A stretch of 64,000 nucleotides of DNA from Methanobacteriota archaeon (GTDB lineage Archaea > Thermoplasmatota > DTKX01 > VGTL01): NCBI GenBank assembly GCA_016874675.1, contig VGTL01000004.1, positions 4,949 through 68,948 of the forward strand. The letters run 5' to 3'. The notes under the pieces were generated by a model. It saw only the letters and a list, made by a program, of their open reading frames with translations. It made no database searches and was not told the DNA's origin. Positions 35,901-45,320 of this stretch are shown here, piece after piece. How positions within the stretch are numbered: position 1 is the first letter of the stretch; each line of letters starts with the position of its first letter. Position numbers and translations under genes: made by a program.

Positions 35901-36786
35901 GGACGGCGGCCGGGCGCCCGACCGGACACTGACGTTCACGACGCGCGTGAGGCCGGTGCCCGGCCTGAGGCTTGAGCTTGCGAGCTCCCCTCCGGCAATA
36001 CTTCCGGGCTCTTCGGGGCGCTACCTCCTGCGCCTGACCAACGCCGGCAACCACGAGGAGACCTTCCGGCTGGAAGCGTCGCTCCCAGCGGGCTGGACCG
36101 GGGGCTTCGACCGGGAGGCGGTCCGCCTGCCCGCGCGCGGCGCCGCCACGGTGTCGCTCCTCGTGTCCGTCCCGCCCGGAGAGACGCCCGGGGTCCGGGC
36201 GCTCTCGGCCACCGCCGTCTCCTCGTCGAACTCGTCCGTCAACCGCACGGTCGCCCTGGCGTGCCCCGTGGGCCAGCTCTTCGGGTTGGAGACGGAGACC
36301 GCCCTGGCGGCCGCGACCGTGGAGCCGGGCAACGGCACCGAGTTCGTCTTCAGCCTGCGCAACACCGGCACGGGCGAAGACACGTTCATACTGGAGCTGC
36401 AGGGTGCAAAGCGCTTCGGTTGGTCCGGGGAGCTCAACGCCTCGGAGGTCACGCTCTCGCCCGGAGAGGCGGCCACCTTCACGCTCGACGTGTCCACCCC
36501 ATCGGAGGAGACCAACGGCACCAATGTGATCCGCGTGAGCGTGCGGTCGGCCGGGGATCCCTCCGAGACCGACGAGCTGGCATTCAGCGTGGAGACGGTC
36601 CGGCCCCCGGAACCGGCCCGGCCGGCGCCTCCGCCGCCGCCACCGCCGCCGCCGCCCATCCTCGACAACTCGACCATCGATGTCGGGAGGCCAAGAAGCC
36701 TGCTCCTGCCGGGAATGGTCCTCGCGGCGGCCGTGCTGGTTGTCGCCGTGGCGGCGCTCGTCTACTGGCGGAACCGGAGGAAGTGA
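32962..36786 (+). CDS. Membrane-anchored S8 protease (KP-43-like) with CARDB/Ig-like repeats
   Basis: CDTG, HGTHVAG, SSRGP..DGRVKPD, SGTSMSCP; repeated LxNxGN Ig modules; C-terminal TM. Confidence 0.9.
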   Translation: MRSEGRPLPALALAILLAFPAILAIPALAPGESSADHSRPSVLLRFRAGEYDPDRQPPPLPRPLVLDRPQGVFIVQFDGPVLVEWARWLSERGDILAYIPDFAFVVRSPDSSPASLRSHPNVRFVGPFEPGFKLEPALRLDGTERRLNIVPFPGADLSALGRRLASLGAAILQEDPFLVVASATGRTALRLAFDPDVQWIEEAGEDSPDNHRASIISAVRSAKDGAYDWNGTDSLWSYNATTGRFEGHAGQNVTVAVCDTGVDGTHPAFEGRMTGYVNYSGGTEWTDPGWHGTHVAGTVLGNGSRRAGDPGTAGYYAGMAPLANLVGQNRFSGGGNYTAFCRDAFRLNATIQSNSWSSSTASDGGKYETRAVAYDRLVRDADPDTDGNQTITEVFSAGNNGPGARTVSPPTTAKNVISVGAADNANGTTIASFSSRGPCLDGRVKPDIVAPGVSVTSARANSASSYWSASGTSMSCPVVSGAAAVAYGFHNGTRGAPPSPAMLKAVLLNGADPLPGYQWPGPDQGWGRLNLSRSLLNTTGRTIWSEDQNGNLSTGEWRNYTFRVTNSSELKLTLVWTDVPGALNANPALVNDLDLLLVSPSDVTYRGNQFTDGYSNQSAQNDTLNNVEMARLAAPETGWWTLSVRGANVPVGPQEFALVVSGPFGFVFPEAVDLRATDLRIAPQDPEEGDLLTVTGSLTNDGPVVLPQFDCRVRVMSDGGPVCETVLSAPRLAPGENWTLELGWVAVRGFYNATLEVDPLLDIPERLEDNNGLSAGFKVRGYGLVLSCAADRSAVDPGASAGYELSLENTGNAPDGILVAIEAPPGNGWSAALDSLLVQLGPGEARTVRATLACPAGAKAFGRASFDVRATSEGNSTYTSAVSLAAAVNQIFGLGLAAERTEMSVLPGETASFFLTLSNAGNGPDTYTLHSSAAFPAWPARLDTKRASLESGESENITLNVTPPVHALAFESCTVTVRSSDGGRAPDRTLTFTTRVRPVPGLRLELASSPPAILPGSSGRYLLRLTNAGNHEETFRLEASLPAGWTGGFDREAVRLPARGAATVSLLVSVPPGETPGVRALSATAVSSSNSSVNRTVALACPVGQLFGLETETALAAATVEPGNGTEFVFSLRNTGTGEDTFILELQGAKRFGWSGELNASEVTLSPGEAATFTLDVSTPSEETNGTNVIRVSVRSAGDPSETDELAFSVETVRPPEPARPAPPPPPPPPPPILDNSTIDVGRPRSLLLPGMVLAAAVLVVAVAALVYWRNRRK

Positions 36787-36791
36787 GGACT

Positions 36792-36962
36792 TCACATCCG
36801 GAGCACCGTCACGTCGAACCCCTCACCCGTCCGGAAGACCTTCGAGAGCTCGCGGACGAATGCCCGGAACGCCTCGAGCGACATGTCCGCCATCATCCCG
36901 TTGATCCAGGCGGCGCAGGCCTCGAGCCCTTTCCCGCCCGGGACGACGTGGTCGAAGACCGA
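36792..36962 (-). pseudogene. Start-less remnant (HNH-like C-terminus?), copy 1
   Basis: VFDHVVPGGKGLEACAAWINGMMADMSLEAFRAFVRELSKVFRTGEGFD, preceded by an in-frame TGA. Confidence 0.4.
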
Positions 36963-37005
36963 TCACCGCGGGCCCTGAAATCATCCGCCTCCGGCGGGAC
37001 CGGCC

Positions 37006-38274
37006 CTACAGCCAGACCGCCGGCAGGTGGCAGACCGTCGTCCCGCCCCTCCTCTCGACGCCGAACCTGTCCAGCGTGACGACCAGGGCCCTCCTGGGCC
37101 TGTACGCGTCGCAGAAGCTCCAGAAGCTGCGCCCGGGCTTCCCGCCGAGCTTCACCTCTACTGGAACGACCGTCTCGCCGCGCACCAGCACAAAATCGAC
37201 CTCTGCCTTTCCCGTCGTCCTCCAGTACTTCAGCTCCCACCCGCCGAACGCGTCCCGGAGCTCGCGGAACACGTAATTCTCCAGCAGCTTGCCGCGGTCC
37301 TCCCTCCGGGCAAAACAGGTGAAATTGCCGATGAGGGAATTGCGCAGCCCGCCATCCAGGAAGCAGATCCGGCGCGCCTTCCGAAGCTCGGTCACCAGGT
37401 TCCTGTGGTACGGGCGCAAGAGGGCGATGATGTAGGTGTTCTCCAGTATCGACAGGAACTCCAGGGCGGTCGGGTGGGAGAGCCCCAGCTGTCCGGCGAC
37501 ATCCGACACGTTCAGGACGGTCGGCGCCGCAAACGCGAGCGCCCTCGCAAAATCCTCAAACAGCGCCGAGTCCCGTATGCGGAATATGGACGAGATGTCC
37601 TTTTCCAGGTAGATGGCGCGAATCGAGTTCAGGACGAGCTCCGGCTCCCCGCGCCGGCCGGCCAGCACGGCGCCCGGGTACCCGCCCAGGACCAGATATT
37701 CCTCCAGGAGTTTTTGGAGCTCGCCCTGGAACGGCTTCTCCTTCGGGGCTCCCCCCCCCTCGACGAACCCGCGCACCTCCGAGCGGGCATTGTAAAAGAG
37801 GCGGGCGAGCCCGGTATCATTGGCCCGGAGGAACTCGCCGAACCCGAATGTCAGAAGCTCGAACGGGAATGCGCGGCCGACCAGGGACGGCATGACCCGT
37901 TGCCCGAGATCCATGGTCGAGGAGCCGGAAACGACCATCTTGACGTCCCGGTTATCGTAGATGAGCTTGAGCCCCGGCCCGGCCCCGTCGCAGGATTGTA
38001 TCTCGTCCAGGAACATGACCGGGGGCCGGTCCTTGCGGAAACGGTCCGCAAAGGCCAGGGGGTCCTTTGCGAACTCCCGCCTGTAATCCGGGAGCTCCAT
38101 GTTCAGGAAGACGCAGTCCCGGCCCTTGCGGACGGAGGATTCGAGCATCCGCAGGAGGGTGGTCTTCCCGGCCTGGCGCGGGCCGCGCACGAGGAGAATC
38201 TCGCGGCGGTCCAGGAGCTTGCGCAATACCTCCGCGAGGTCCCTCTCGACAAGCCCCTTGGCCGCTTCCGGCAT
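37006..38274 (-). CDS. AAA_14 ATPase with DUF4143 C-terminus
   Basis: GPRQAGKTT, FLDEIQ, SGS, GGYP, K..FLDGGLRN, GKLLENYV, EVDFV, PVEVK. Confidence 0.9.
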   Translation of the reverse strand: MPEAAKGLVERDLAEVLRKLLDRREILLVRGPRQAGKTTLLRMLESSVRKGRDCVFLNMELPDYRREFAKDPLAFADRFRKDRPPVMFLDEIQSCDGAGPGLKLIYDNRDVKMVVSGSSTMDLGQRVMPSLVGRAFPFELLTFGFGEFLRANDTGLARLFYNARSEVRGFVEGGGAPKEKPFQGELQKLLEEYLVLGGYPGAVLAGRRGEPELVLNSIRAIYLEKDISSIFRIRDSALFEDFARALAFAAPTVLNVSDVAGQLGLSHPTALEFLSILENTYIIALLRPYHRNLVTELRKARRICFLDGGLRNSLIGNFTCFARREDRGKLLENYVFRELRDAFGGWELKYWRTTGKAEVDFVLVRGETVVPVEVKLGGKPGRSFWSFCDAYRPRRALVVTLDRFGVERRGGTTVCHLPAVWL

Positions 38275-38396
38275 CCTTGTCGGAACACCATATTATTTAT
38301 TGAATATTTCAATTTAACCCTATTAAATTGTAAAAATCATAAAAAATTATGGCCTCTATATATACTATTTAAATGCCTGCCGTCGATCGCCGGCCC

Positions 38397-38560
38397 CTAT
38401 CGGACATCCAGGACGCGTGTGTCGAACGGCTCCCCAGTCCGGAAGACCCTGGCGAGCTCCCGCACGAGGGCCTTGTACCCTTCATTGCTCATGCCCGCCT
38501 TCATCCGAGAGGAGACCGCCACCTGGGCCCCGCGCTTTTGGCGCGACGTGCGGTCGTTAC
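38397..38560 (-). pseudogene. Degenerate paralogous remnant, copy 2
   Basis: ...RMKAGMSNEGYKALVRELARVFRTGEPFDTRVL* aligns with the 36792 remnant. Confidence 0.4.
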
Positions 38561-38744
38561 CGGACCCGTCCTTCGGGCCGGCTCCGGGAAGGCGGTGGCC
38601 TCCTCTCGGGTGAGACAGCTCTTCTCCTTCAGGTCCGGCAAGGCTCCCGCCGGACGGTCAAACGTCTCCGGGCCTGATCAGCCTTCCCCTCGACGGGCGG
38701 CAGGCTTATCCGCCCCGGCGGGAATATGGAACCCGGGCCCCGGC

Positions 38745-39068
38745 ATGAAATCCAAATCCATCCCGATACTCCTTTTTATTGGGGCGACCCTGCTGATATC
38801 CGGCGCGGTCGCGTTCGTCGCGATGGAGCGGCGGCTCGCCACGGTCAATGACGGGATCGCGGGCCTCACGCCGACGGGCGCCGGGGATGGCTGGTCCGAC
38901 CGGCTCGACGACCTGACCATGGAGCGGGATCTTCTGGCCGGGCAGATTCCCTGGGCGCTCGCGGCAATATGCATCGGCGGGACCTGCCTGGCGGCCGGGG
39001 GCCTGCTCAAACTGAGAGAACGAAAAACCGGCCGAGGGCGCTCCATGTCCGCCGGGCACGACCCGTGA
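38745..39068 (+). CDS. Small two-TM hypothetical protein
   Basis: MKSKSIPILLFIGATLLISG... and a second TM WALAAICIGGTCLAAGGLL. Confidence 0.55.
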   Translation: MKSKSIPILLFIGATLLISGAVAFVAMERRLATVNDGIAGLTPTGAGDGWSDRLDDLTMERDLLAGQIPWALAAICIGGTCLAAGGLLKLRERKTGRGRSMSAGHDP

Positions 39069-39146
39069 TCGCCGCCTGTCCGTTGGCCTGGCCTCCGCCT
39101 CTATGTTTATCTACCCCCAGACGAATGGAGATGACCGGAAACCGAA

Positions 39147-39530
39147 TTGAAGGAGCAGGAGCAGAACTGGGCCAAGCAGGGCCGGCGCGAGCTCGAAAGC
39201 GCCAAAAAGGCGCTCGCCGCAGAAGACCATTACCTCGTGGCCTATCTGAGCCACCAGGCGGTCGAGAAATTGCTCAAGGCGCTCATCCTGCACATCCACC
39301 TGGAGCCGCCGCCGCACACCCACTCGCTCCTGCGCCTCGGCTCGCTGGTCAAGGTGCCCTCGGAACACGAGGGGCGCCTCAGGGAACTGACGCCGCACTA
39401 CATGCTGTCGAGATATCCGGATGCCTCGGGAGAACCGCCCTACGAACTCTACACCCGTGCGAAGGCCGAGACGATATTGAAGGACGCCGTGGAGGTGATC
39501 GCGTGGATCGAGAAACAGCTCAGGCAATGA
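39147..39530 (+). CDS. HEPN domain protein
   Basis: HQAVEKLLKA, THSL..L, SRYPD; TTG start. Confidence 0.85.
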   Translation: MKEQEQNWAKQGRRELESAKKALAAEDHYLVAYLSHQAVEKLLKALILHIHLEPPPHTHSLLRLGSLVKVPSEHEGRLRELTPHYMLSRYPDASGEPPYELYTRAKAETILKDAVEVIAWIEKQLRQ

Positions 39531-39820
39531 GCCGCCTCCTCGCCGCGCTCAAAGTGAAGTATGCAATCACGAAGGCCATAGTCTTCGGCAGCCGCGCCCG
39601 GGGCGACCACCACCGCCATTCCGACTTGGACATCGTGCTGGTCTCGCCGGATTTCGGGGCCCTCCCATTCATAGACCGCCCGGCCGAGATTCTGAGGTAC
39701 TGGGAGGGCGACTGGGACCTGGAGCCCCTCTGCTACACGCCGGAGGAGTACGAGCGCCTGCGCGGCATGATGGGCATCCTGACCGTCGCGGAGCGCGAGG
39801 GCGAGGTGCTGGCGGTCTGA
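39527..39820 (+). CDS. Minimal nucleotidyltransferase (MNT)
   Basis: FGSRARG...SDLDIVLVS..F; ATGA overlap with the HEPN gene. Confidence 0.85.
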   Translation: MSRLLAALKVKYAITKAIVFGSRARGDHHRHSDLDIVLVSPDFGALPFIDRPAEILRYWEGDWDLEPLCYTPEEYERLRGMMGILTVAEREGEVLAV

Positions 39821-39831
39821 TGGTCCCGGGA

Positions 39832-39923
39832 CCCTTGCGCCCTGCGCCCTGCGCTAGCCCCCCGGGCTGAAGTCCGGGGTCTCCCTTGCTCCCTTGCTGC
39901 CTTTCTGCCTTGCTGCCCTCTTC
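39832..39923. repeat. Partial A and D arms
   Basis: TTGCGCCCTGCGCC and TTGCTGCC runs between convergent genes. Confidence 0.6.
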
Positions 39924-39924
39924 C

Positions 39925-40866
39925 CTAGTCCCGTATCCCGTCCTTCGTCACCGAGAATACGGCCTCCCCGTCGGGCAGGTTGGGGCTGTCCACGAGCCGC
40001 GCTATACGCTTGTCGCCCTTGCTCTTGCGCATGTAGAGCCTGAAGGTCGCGGTGTGCCCCACTATGTGGCCCCCGATTGGGCGCGTCGGGTCGCCGAAGA
40101 AGGTGTCGGGCTTGGCCTGGACCTGGTTCGTGACCAATATGACCGCGTTGTGGATATCGGCAATCCGGAGCAGGTTGTGCATGTGGGTGTTGAGCTTCTG
40201 CTGCCGGTCCGCAAGCGCCCCCCGGCCGACGAACTCGGCCCGGAAGTGCGCCGTGAGCGAGTCGACGATCACGAGCCGGATGGGCGTGTCCTTGGCCATC
40301 TCGGCTATCTTTTCCGCAAGGAGCATCTGGTGGTGCGAGTTGAACGCGCGCGCCACGCGTATGTTCTGGAGCGTCTCCTTGGGGTCCAGGTCGAAGGCCG
40401 TGGCCATCTGCAGTATCCTTTCGGGCCGGAAGGTGTTCTCGGTGTCTATCATGACCACCTGGCCCTCGAGGCCCCCCTCCTTCCTGGGCAGCTGGACGGT
40501 GACCGCGAGCTGGTGGGCTATCTGCGTCTTGCCGGAGCCGAACTCGCCGTACACCTCGGAGATCGCCTGGGTCTCGAACCCGCCGCCCAGCAGGTCGTCA
40601 AGCGCCTTGGCGCCGGAGGTCAGCTTCCCGACCAGCTTTCGGCGCTCCAGTATCGTGTCCCCGGTCTCGAAGCCGCCGATGTCGGCCTCCTTCCGGGCGG
40701 CGTTGATTATCTTTATAGCGGTCCCCTCGCCTATCTCGGCCACCTCGGCGAGGTCGGACGGCGACGCCACTGCCAGTGACATGAGGTCCCGGTAGCCGGC
40801 CTCCTTGAGCTTCTCGGCCGTGGTCGGTCCGACCCCGGGCAGGTCTTCGATGGATTTCTCGGACAT
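39925..40866 (-). CDS. radA: DNA repair and recombination protein RadA
   Basis: N-terminal Hh[34 protein letters not shown]; no intein. Confidence 0.97.
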   Translation of the reverse strand: MSEKSIEDLPGVGPTTAEKLKEAGYRDLMSLAVASPSDLAEVAEIGEGTAIKIINAARKEADIGGFETGDTILERRKLVGKLTSGAKALDDLLGGGFETQAISEVYGEFGSGKTQIAHQLAVTVQLPRKEGGLEGQVVMIDTENTFRPERILQMATAFDLDPKETLQNIRVARAFNSHHQMLLAEKIAEMAKDTPIRLVIVDSLTAHFRAEFVGRGALADRQQKLNTHMHNLLRIADIHNAVILVTNQVQAKPDTFFGDPTRPIGGHIVGHTATFRLYMRKSKGDKRIARLVDSPNLPDGEAVFSVTKDGIRD

Positions 40867-40948
40867 TGAGTTGCCTCGGACCGATTAAATCGACTCATTG
40901 GATATAAAGCTTGTCCGGTCATGACCGAAAGTGGGGCACCGCCAGGAA

Positions 40949-41068
40949 AGGGCAGCGGGCGGAGGGCAGCGGGCAGCAGGGGGGCATCGGGCATCGGGCA
41001 GCGGGAGCGATGGACGACGGGACCCGTTTCGTCACCGCTGCCCGCTGCCCGCTGCCCGCTGCCTTTCC
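40949..41068. repeat. Family C palindromic element
   Basis: (GGGCAGC)n ... (CCGCTGC)n. Confidence 0.8.
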
Positions 41069-41138
41069 TTCCACCACCTTCACCCACCCCCCCGCAAGCC
41101 TGATTATCACGATGGCGCATCGCTCTCCGGGGATCCCG

Positions 41139-41924
41139 ATGAATGTCATCGACCTGCCCAAGGAGCACGAGGAGCTCTTCTTCATCTGCCTCGAGGACTG
41201 GTCCGACGAGGCCAAGGAGGGCGTCGCGCGCCGGCGCGCCTGGTACTCGAAAATGAAGGAGCGGGGGCTGCGCGTCAAGCTCGCCCTGGACGGCCGGGGC
41301 GTGGTGGGGGGCATGATACAGTACGCCCCCATCGAGCGGACCCACGTGGACGGCGAGGGGCTCTATTTCATATATTGTATATGGGTCCACGGGCACAAGA
41401 AGGGCCGGGGCGACCTCACCGGGCGGGGCATGGGGAAGGCGTTGCTCAAGGCAGCCGAGGAGGACGCCCGGGCGCTGGGCGCGAAGGGCATGGCCGCCTG
41501 GGGCATATCGCTCCCGTTCTGGATGAAGGCCTCCTGGTTCAAAAAGCAAGGTTACCGGAAGGCGGACAGGGACGGGATGGCGGTCTTGATGTGGAAGCCG
41601 TTCGTCGAGGCTGCCCGGCCGCCGCGGTGGATCAGGCTCACCCGGCTGCCCCAGCCGGTCCCCGGCAAGGTCAACGTCACCATCTTCTCGAACGGCTGGT
41701 GCTCGGCCCAGAACTTGCCGGTCGAGAGGGCCCTGAGGGCCGCCCGCGAGCTGGGCGACAGGGTGGTCGTGCAGGAGATAGACACCTTCGAGCCGGCCGA
41801 TTTCCGCCGATGGGGGCGATGCGACGCCCTGTTCATCGACGGCAGGGAGGTCCGCACGGGGCCGCCACCGTCCTACGAGAAGGTCAAGCGGCTCATCGAG
41901 AAACGCCTGCGGAAGCTCCGCTGA
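41139..41924 (+). CDS. GNAT acetyltransferase with YoaP/thioredoxin-like C-terminus
   Basis: FIYCIWV, GRGMGKALL, ASWFKKQGY, NGWCSAQ; alternative start 41112. Confidence 0.75.
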   Translation: MNVIDLPKEHEELFFICLEDWSDEAKEGVARRRAWYSKMKERGLRVKLALDGRGVVGGMIQYAPIERTHVDGEGLYFIYCIWVHGHKKGRGDLTGRGMGKALLKAAEEDARALGAKGMAAWGISLPFWMKASWFKKQGYRKADRDGMAVLMWKPFVEAARPPRWIRLTRLPQPVPGKVNVTIFSNGWCSAQNLPVERALRAARELGDRVVVQEIDTFEPADFRRWGRCDALFIDGREVRTGPPPSYEKVKRLIEKRLRKLR

Positions 41925-41975
41925 GCACCAACTTCATATCCCGGCCGCGCGTTCGCCCTCCGGCGGTGAGGGAAG

Positions 41976-42950
41976 CTGGACGAAAGCGCGCTCATCAGGC
42001 TGGGCGCCTCCGGCCTCCTGGTCTCGAGGCTCTGCGTCGGAACGTGGCAGTGGGGCTCGAAGCTCGTCTGGGGCTACGGCCGCGGCTACGGCGAGGCCGA
42101 GGTCTGCGGCTGCTTTGCGGCGGCCCTGTCCTCCGGGGTGAACTTCTTCGACACGGCCGAGGTGTACGGCTGGGGGGCCTCCGAGAGGATCCTGGGCGGC
42201 TGCGTGAGGGGCGACCCCTCGGCACGCCCGGTCATCGCCACCAAGTTCACGCCTCTGTACAGATTCAGGAAGGGCTCGCTGGAGAGGGCCCTGCGAAAAA
42301 GCCTCCTCCGCCTTGGCCTGCCCCGGGCCGACCTCTACCAGGTCCACCAGATGGACGGCCTGCGCAACATCCCCAGGTGGATGGACGCCATGGCCGACAT
42401 GCACGAGAAGGGCCTGGTCGGGGCGGTAGGCGTGTCCAACCACTACCCGGACGCGATGGCCGCGGCGATCGACTCGCTTGCGAAGCGGGGCCTGAAGCTT
42501 GCCAGCAACCAGATGCACCTGAGCCTGCTCTTCCGCAGGCACGAGCGCAACGGCCTCATCCGGATGTGCCGGGACCAGAACGTCGCCTTTCTCGCCTACA
42601 TGCCCTTCGCCTGGGGCGTGCTCGCCGGGAAGTTCTCCAGGGACGATCCGCCGAAGGGCTTCATCCGCCACCGGGTGGCCAACCGCAGGCTGGTCGAGAG
42701 GAGCGAGCCCCTGCTCCGGCTGATGAAGGACATCGCCTGGAAGAAGGAGGGCCGGACGGTGTCGCAGGTGGCGCTCAACTGGGTCATCGCCAAGGGCGCC
42801 ATCCCCATCGCCGGCGTCAAGACCCCCCGGCAGGCCGCCGAGGATTTCGGCGCCTTGAAATGGAGCCTCTCGCAGTCCGAGGTCTCCGAGCTGGACGCGG
42901 CATCGGACGCACTGGGGGCGGCGCCGCTGAAGACGTTGTGGACATCGTAG
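41976..42950 (+). CDS. Aldo/keto reductase (probable CTG start)
   Basis: LGASGLLVSRLCVGTWQWG, FFDTAEVYG, IATKF, DLYQVH, GVSN, NWVIAKG, IAG.K. Confidence 0.85.
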   Translation: MDESALIRLGASGLLVSRLCVGTWQWGSKLVWGYGRGYGEAEVCGCFAAALSSGVNFFDTAEVYGWGASERILGGCVRGDPSARPVIATKFTPLYRFRKGSLERALRKSLLRLGLPRADLYQVHQMDGLRNIPRWMDAMADMHEKGLVGAVGVSNHYPDAMAAAIDSLAKRGLKLASNQMHLSLLFRRHERNGLIRMCRDQNVAFLAYMPFAWGVLAGKFSRDDPPKGFIRHRVANRRLVERSEPLLRLMKDIAWKKEGRTVSQVALNWVIAKGAIPIAGVKTPRQAAEDFGALKWSLSQSEVSELDAASDALGAAPLKTLWTS

Positions 42951-42957
42951 GAACGAA

Positions 42958-43152
42958 GGGGCAAGGCGCAAGGCGCAGGGCGCAAGGCTTGAGGTGCGAG
43001 GAACAAGGCACGAGGAAAAAGGGAGCAGAACTGGAAACTCTCCATGGCCGTTGCCCGTTGTTCCTTCGGTATTGCGCCCTATGCCTCCCCCTCTCCCTTG
43101 CGCCATGCGCCTTGCCCCTTCCCTTGCGCCTTGCGCCATGCGCCTTGCGCCA
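42958..43152. repeat. Family A palindromic element
   Basis: GGCGCAA arm and (TTGCGCC/ATGCGCC)n arm. Confidence 0.8.
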
Positions 43153-43218
43153 TGATTGAACCCATTCGCAACCTTCTTATCGCCCGTCGGGCTTACTATC
43201 CCCGTGGTCCTGCCGGGG

Positions 43219-43449
43219 ATGCTCGGGAAGGGGAAGCGGGGCGGCGCCCGCAAGGCCGGGGCGAGGCTGGACTGGGACCGGGAGCTCTGCACGCTCTGCG
43301 GCGGCTGCGCGCCGCTGTGCCCGTCCGGCGCCATCACCGTGTACGAGACCTACCTGGACATAGCCCGGGAGAGGTGCACCGCCTGCGGCGCCTGCCCGCC
43401 GGGCTGCCCGTCCGGCGCGCTGCGAATCGCTGGGGGTCGATCCCGATGA
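43219..43449 (+). CDS. 2[4Fe-4S] ferredoxin
   Basis: Two CxxCxxCxxxCP motifs. Confidence 0.85.
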   Translation: MLGKGKRGGARKAGARLDWDRELCTLCGGCAPLCPSGAITVYETYLDIARERCTACGACPPGCPSGALRIAGGRSR

Positions 43450-44408
43450 CCCGTCTCGACGAGCGCGGCGAGCGCTGGATGGTCGGCCGGATCCAGAGGC
43501 TCCTGGGCGACCGGACGGTCGGCGACGACACCGCCTACATCCCGTGGGGCAGGGACTACCTCCTGGCCACCACGGACGCCACCACCATCCGGACGCACTA
43601 CCCCTGGCACTCGCCCGAGGCTTGGGGATGGTACGTCGCCGCGGTCAACCTCAGCGACATCGCCTGCAAGGGCGGGGAGCCGCTGGGCCTGCTGCTCTCG
43701 CTCCTCCTGCCGCGCGAGACGGAGGTCGCCACCGTGGAGGGCATCATGAGGGGCGCCAAGAGGTGCTGCGCCCGCTACGGCACGAAGGTCGCCGGCGGGG
43801 ACACGAAGGAGGGACGGGAGATCTGCCTGGTGGGCGCGGCATTCGGCCGCGTCGGCCGGGCCGAGTTCATGCCCCGCGGAGGCGCCCGCCCGGGCGACAT
43901 ATTGGCCCTGACCGGCACGCTGGGGGCGGCCGCCTCCGGGTACATCGCCCTCCAGGAGGGCGTCACCGGCCCGGGCCTTCGCGGCGAGGAGCGGCGCCTG
44001 CTCCGGCCATATCCCCGGGTCTTCGAGGGGAGGGCCGCGGCGCGCACGAGGGCGGTGCACGCCTGCACCGACCTCTCCGACGGCCTCCTGGCCTCCGTGC
44101 ACCAGCTGTGCCTGCCCTCCGGCGTCGGGGCCGAGGTGATGTGGGAGGCGGTGCCGGTCTCGGCCGCGCTGAGACGGCGCGGCCAGGCGACCGAGGAGTG
44201 GGCGCTGGGCTTCGGGGGCGACTTCGAGCTCCTGATGGCCGTGCCGCCGGGACGCTTCGACAAGGTGCGCCGCGCCGTGCGGGGGAAGGGCACCCGCCTG
44301 ACCGCCATCGGGAGTGTGCGCCGGGAGCGGAAGGTCGAGCTCGTCGGACGCGGCTGGCGCCGCCCGCTGAAATACGGAGGCTGGGAGCACTTCAGGGGTG
44401 GCGGCTGA
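43446..44408 (+). CDS. thiL: Thiamine-monophosphate kinase
   Basis: GDDTA, AVNLSDIA.KGGEP, GGDT, DLSDGL, GGDFELL. Confidence 0.9.
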   Translation: MTRLDERGERWMVGRIQRLLGDRTVGDDTAYIPWGRDYLLATTDATTIRTHYPWHSPEAWGWYVAAVNLSDIACKGGEPLGLLLSLLLPRETEVATVEGIMRGAKRCCARYGTKVAGGDTKEGREICLVGAAFGRVGRAEFMPRGGARPGDILALTGTLGAAASGYIALQEGVTGPGLRGEERRLLRPYPRVFEGRAAARTRAVHACTDLSDGLLASVHQLCLPSGVGAEVMWEAVPVSAALRRRGQATEEWALGFGGDFELLMAVPPGRFDKVRRAVRGKGTRLTAIGSVRRERKVELVGRGWRRPLKYGGWEHFRGGG

Positions 44409-44447
44409 TGGGATGCCGGGGGTCCGGTTGATGGCGGGGGCCGGCTG

Positions 44448-45236
44448 ATGGACAAACGGGCGGTGGTCCTGCTCTCCGGCGGGATGGACTCCGCCACGGC
44501 GGCGGCGGTCGCCCGCTCCAACGGCTTCGAGCTGTACGCCCTCACGTTCGACTACGGGCAGAGGCACAGGAAGGAGCTTTGGTGCGCGCGCGCCCTGGCC
44601 CGCTTCTTCAAGGCCCGGGAGCACCGGGTCCTCAGAATCGGATTGGGGAAGCTCGGGGGCTCGGCCCTCACGGACCGGGCCATCGAGGTGCCGGACGCCG
44701 GCGGCGGCTGGACCGGCGGAAGGCCCATCCCGGCGACCTACGTCCCGGCGCGCAACCTCGTGCTGCTGTCCTTCGCCGCGGCCTACGCCGAGACTGTCGG
44801 CGCGGGAACGGTCTTCATCGGCGCCAACGCGGTCGACTACTCGGGCTACCCCGACTGCCGTTCGGAGTTCCTGCGCGCGTTCGAGGAGGCGGCCCGGCTG
44901 GGCACAAAATGCGGCGTCTCAGGCCGGCCGCTGCGGGTCGAGGCGCCGCTCCTGCGCCTCTCGAAGGCGCAGGTAGTCCGCCTGGGCGCCTCCTTGCTCG
45001 TCCCGTTCGACCTCACCTGGAGCTGCTACCGGGGAGGGAAGCGCCCGTGCAGGAGGTGCGACTCGTGCCATCTGAGGGCGAAGGGGTTCGAGGAGGCGGG
45101 GATGGTCGATCCAGTTCTCGAGGAAGGCTCGGGGCGCAAGGCGCAAGGCGCGAGGGACGAGGGCGCAAGGCGCAAGGCGCAAGGTGCGAAGGCGCAAGGG
45201 GGAAGGCGCAAGGGGCAAGGGGGAATGCGGCGATGA
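44448..45236 (+). CDS. queC: 7-cyano-7-deazaguanine synthase with repeat-derived C-terminal tail
   Basis: LLSGGMDS, YGQRH, TYVPARN, YSGYPDCR, TWSCY, C..CDSC. Confidence 0.95.
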   Translation: MDKRAVVLLSGGMDSATAAAVARSNGFELYALTFDYGQRHRKELWCARALARFFKAREHRVLRIGLGKLGGSALTDRAIEVPDAGGGWTGGRPIPATYVPARNLVLLSFAAAYAETVGAGTVFIGANAVDYSGYPDCRSEFLRAFEEAARLGTKCGVSGRPLRVEAPLLRLSKAQVVRLGASLLVPFDLTWSCYRGGKRPCRRCDSCHLRAKGFEEAGMVDPVLEEGSGRKAQGARDEGARRKAQGAKAQGGRRKGQGGMRR

Positions 45237-45320
45237 CCACGGCCCGTCTCCCCCCCTTGTCCCTTGCGCCTTCCCCCTTGCGCCTTCGCACCTTGCGCCT
45301 CGCGCCTTGCGCCTTGCCCC
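45128..45320. repeat. Family A palindromic element at the queC/queE junction
   Basis: Left arm is read in the queC frame; right arm is intergenic. Confidence 0.85.

Noticed and set aside
41960-41975. Selenocysteine or other readthrough of the in-frame TGA before the aldo/keto reductase
   Set aside because: The TGA is part of the SD-like GGTGAGG, no homologous coding sequence lies upstream, and no SECIS-like element was seen.
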